Positions 61,695 to 64,000 of a stretch of 64,000 nucleotides of DNA are shown here, piece by piece. Under the pieces are notes generated by a model. That model was not told the DNA's origin. It searched no databases and saw only the letters and a program-made list of their open reading frames with translations. Source of the stretch: Methanobacteriota archaeon (lineage in GTDB: Archaea > Thermoplasmatota > Poseidoniia > Poseidoniales > Poseidoniaceae); the NCBI GenBank assembly GCA_002726495.1, contig PBTH01000005.1, positions 13,243 through 77,242 of the forward strand. Reading direction: 5' to 3'. Position 1 is the stretch's first letter. Every line of letters begins with the position of its first letter. The position numbers were made by a program, and so were the translations under genes.

Positions 61695-62036
61695 TCAATT
61701 CTCGTCTTCCGATTCATCCTCAGGCTTCCATCCAGCCTTCCAGAAGTCAAGGTTGTCCAACCAAGATAACCATTCCTTATCGGTACATGTGAGGAGGCGA
61801 AATGCCCTGCTTTCCAAACCTTCTCGGTTTGAGGGATTCAGCATCCCCTGTTCTACCGCATCTCTCCATTCAACTTGCATTTGGCGAATCTGTCGCCGAG
61901 CTTCCTCGGGCTGGTCAAAATTCATTTCACACGTATCTCTCAATTCACCGATCCAAGTACGTGTGTCTTTGAGGAGTGGGTCATTGCTCACAGAACGAGC
62001 CGACTGCCGTTTTTTACCAAAAGGCCACCACCCCAT
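61695..62036 (-). CDS. hypothetical protein with acidic Trp-containing C-terminus
   Basis: 113-codon ORF heading the three-gene minus-strand cassette. No motif is recognised. It ends DNLDFWKAGWKPEDESEDEN. Confidence 0.4.
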   Translation of the reverse strand: MGWWPFGKKRQSARSVSNDPLLKDTRTWIGELRDTCEMNFDQPEEARRQIRQMQVEWRDAVEQGMLNPSNREGLESRAFRLLTCTDKEWLSWLDNLDFWKAGWKPEDESEDEN

Positions 62037-62116
62037 GAGCCCCCACCTGTGCTTTTGCTTAATTGAAGTCTTGCCTTTTCGGGGAGGTTGAAGAACTCAA
62101 CCGTAGAGGGTTGGTT

Positions 62117-62551
62117 ATGGGCCGAATTACGGTACACCTCCATGGTAAAACCAAAGATAGAGCGATGGCAGCTATGTTTGAAACTTATGCCAAACGGCTT
62201 GAACAGCGTTCCATTCGATGTCTTATGCATCCAAATAAGATGGATGGAGCGGCCTATGTCGAGGTCCTGCTCCAACTCAAAGGAGAGGTCATATTGATGG
62301 ATGAAGGCGGTGTTTTGGAGGATTCGGTTTTGTTTTCAAAACGCGTGGAACGGTGGATGCTTTCGACGGGAGACATTCATCTTGCAATAGGGCCGGCAGA
62401 AGGCTGGCCAAACGACGATAGAATCGCATCATTGGCTCGTATCTCCTTGTCTCCAATGACCTTTCCACATGAGCTTGCCTCAGTCATCCTGGTCGAGCAA
62501 CTTTACCGTTCAACAGAGATATCTCGTGGTTCGCAATATCACAAAGCATGA
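62117..62551 (+). CDS. rlmH: 23S rRNA (pseudouridine-N3)-methyltransferase RlmH (SPOUT)
   Basis: LMDEGG...S, IHLAIGPAEGW and LSLSPMTFPHELASVILVEQLYRSTEISRGSQYHK, which is the characteristic RlmH C-terminus. Start taken at ATG 62117 (MGRITVHL). Confidence 0.8.
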   Translation: MGRITVHLHGKTKDRAMAAMFETYAKRLEQRSIRCLMHPNKMDGAAYVEVLLQLKGEVILMDEGGVLEDSVLFSKRVERWMLSTGDIHLAIGPAEGWPNDDRIASLARISLSPMTFPHELASVILVEQLYRSTEISRGSQYHKA

Positions 62552-62588
62552 TATTCCACCGTTGATTGAACTCGTTTGAGGAGAAGAA

Positions 62589-63350
62589 ATGATCATTGAT
62601 GCAGAGGTCGGAAAAGACCTCATTTTCATATCCATGGCGGTCGTTTCCGTTTCGCTTCTTGTCGGCAGCCGCCATCAACCCTTTCCAGAAATATCTCGTC
62701 GTTTTGGTTGGTTATTGGGGAGCATTACTGCATTGTGCGTACTTGGAGAATCAGCCCCTCGCCCTATGGAAATGACAGTTCTCTTGTTCGTTGTTCTCGC
62801 AATGGGATCTTACGGCGTTCTTGTCGGAGTGCACCACATGGTCCGAACTCGCCGAGATGTATTCATCGCCCCAATGTCGGGTTTCTTGTTTTGCATCGGA
62901 GCAGGGGGCTTGATGGTGCTGACCTGGCCTGACCTCAATCAACTGGAACAATGGTCCGGATTTTTGGCACTTGTTGTGCTCGGCGGCGGGCAGACATGGA
63001 TGGTATTCCGTGGCCTTCTCATCGGGCGTCTCCCGCTTGCATGGAGCCAAGCAGGAATGGTTGCTTTACAGCGGGGGCAATTGGAAGGTCCACAAGGAGC
63101 AATTGCGTGCTTTGAGAAAGGTTGGGATGCTGATGAGGAACATCTCAATCCCATGGCTTACATTGCACTTGCTTCGATTCATCGGTTTAATGGCGATGCA
63201 GAACAAGCCGAAAGATGGCAGGAGTCGTTTGATGACGCAGGGGGCCGACCTTCAGTTGCTGAAGCTTGGATTTTGGCATTGAACGAGGCCCTTAGGTCGA
63301 TGGGAGGTTCGGAAGAACTGTTCCCAAGCGCTTTGGATGACTCGGAATAG
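62589..63350 (+). CDS. membrane protein with a soluble TPR-like C-terminal region
   Basis: Five hydrophobic helices, followed by GAIACFEKGWDADEEHLNPMAYIALASIHRFNGDAEQAERWQESF, which looks like one or two TPR-like helical hairpins. Confidence 0.5.
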   Translation: MIIDAEVGKDLIFISMAVVSVSLLVGSRHQPFPEISRRFGWLLGSITALCVLGESAPRPMEMTVLLFVVLAMGSYGVLVGVHHMVRTRRDVFIAPMSGFLFCIGAGGLMVLTWPDLNQLEQWSGFLALVVLGGGQTWMVFRGLLIGRLPLAWSQAGMVALQRGQLEGPQGAIACFEKGWDADEEHLNPMAYIALASIHRFNGDAEQAERWQESFDDAGGRPSVAEAWILALNEALRSMGGSEELFPSALDDSE

Positions 63351-63428
63351 GAGTTTCATTTCCACTTTCCCTCCAAATGAGGCTCAAAGGAAACGAGGAC
63401 TTATATCCTTCAAGGTCGATATATTATC

Positions 63429-63719
63429 ATGGAAGAGCAAATCCGACCCAATGATGACTGGCCACTTGGTACCATCCTCTGGTTCGCCGTGTTGGTCTGG
63501 TTTTCATCCAGTCTGCTCTCACAAACAGCGTATCTTGCGATATATGGGCTGCCCTACGACGCAACAGCCTTACTCAAGACCCTCGGTCCAGTTTACTATT
63601 TCGTACTTGTTTTGGAACTGGTCATATGGGTCGGCCTTTTCTCAGTCGGGGGGTATCGTTTTTACAAATCCCGTCAAACACGGAACTCAATCCAGAGAAT
63701 TTCTGTTGCAGGTCAATGA
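63429..63719 (+). CDS. small two-helix membrane protein
   Basis: 96 codons with helices GTILWFAVLVWFSSSLL and YYFVLVLELVIWVGLFSVGGY. The overlapping 63337-63777 ORF is an alternative frame and less convincing. Confidence 0.4.
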   Translation: MEEQIRPNDDWPLGTILWFAVLVWFSSSLLSQTAYLAIYGLPYDATALLKTLGPVYYFVLVLELVIWVGLFSVGGYRFYKSRQTRNSIQRISVAGQ

Positions 63720-63807
63720 AGGCGGACACTTGATTCCTGCTCAAAAACGGCATTCTTGCATTGGAACTCTCCGATGAATCTAAAGGGCGTCAAATTAAGG
63801 AACACCC

Positions 63808-64000
63808 GTGAGTATACACCAAGACGAACCGTTGTTTACAGGACTTCCAATGGATTTGGATGCTCTGGAACCAGGTGAAGAATTGCCGTATCCACTCCCG
63901 GCCGATGCTAAAATCGTGACCATTGATGAGGCGCGAGCCTCACTCAAAGAGGCCAGCAATGTCCTCATGGTTTTGCAAGCAATGAGTGATGAAGCCCACG
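63808..64000 (+). CDS. 5' part of an unidentified gene running off the window
   Basis: The frame is open from GTG 63808 to the window end (VSIHQDEPLFTGLPMDLDALEPGEELPYPLPADAKIVTIDEARASLKEA...). It is not in the ORF track because there is no stop codon. Confidence 0.25.
   Translation, partial: MSIHQDEPLFTGLPMDLDALEPGEELPYPLPADAKIVTIDEARASLKEASNVLMVLQAMSDEAH

Noticed and set aside
1-64000. A search for CRISPR arrays, rRNA genes, IS elements, transposases, integrases and long inverted or direct repeats
   Set aside because: None was found by reading. The only exact tandem repeat I saw is the coding 3 x 12-bp unit at 38929-38964, and the intergenic regions are too short for arrays. A computational repeat scan is still advisable, because I could not exhaustively compare distant segments.

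Overview
This window is a densely coding stretch of an archaeal chromosome. I count about 48 protein genes and one tRNA, and I see no rRNA, CRISPR array, transposase or integrase. The archaeal identity rests on MCM (14526-16658), GatE (16706-18724), a TFB-like factor (26344-27504), Trm1, two PTH2-type peptidyl-tRNA hydrolases, a PAC2 proteasome-assembly chaperone, an archaeal-style phosphatidylserine decarboxylase and a TIGR01210/RaSEA-like radical SAM gene. Many bacterial-looking genes are interleaved with these: a MaeB-type malic enzyme, RlmH, proline iminopeptidase, PabB-PabA plus PabC, and threonine aldolase. There are also two very large surface proteins (1434 aa and about 2766 aa), each with a signal peptide, a C-terminal membrane anchor and many N-x-S/T sequons. 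This mix fits a marine planktonic euryarchaeote of the Poseidoniales (MG-II) type, but that placement is inference only. The most unusual content is a translationally coupled gene pair at 27871-36545. It encodes an AddB-like nuclease subunit and a 1646-aa AddA/RecB-like SF1 helicase-nuclease, and both carry a Cas4/AddB-type four-cysteine PD-(D/E)XK nuclease domain. That is a bacterial-style DNA-end-processing machine sitting between archaeal core genes. Other points worth a second look are listed below.
- An 800-aa orphan protein shares a module with a 337-aa orphan 20 kb away.
- Two divergent pth2 genes sit in tandem.
- A polytopic membrane protein ends in a canonical EF-hand pair.
- FN3-like 'DDGG' modules recur in both giant surface proteins.
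- Several proteins end in Trp/acidic tails.
- A PabB-PabA fusion has component I at the N-terminus.
- A PQQ-propeller/DUF4430 fusion lies next to an S-component-like membrane protein.
All calls were made by eye from motifs in the supplied translations and sequence. No database or profile searches were run. Start codons are best guesses, since GTG and TTG starts appear to be used.
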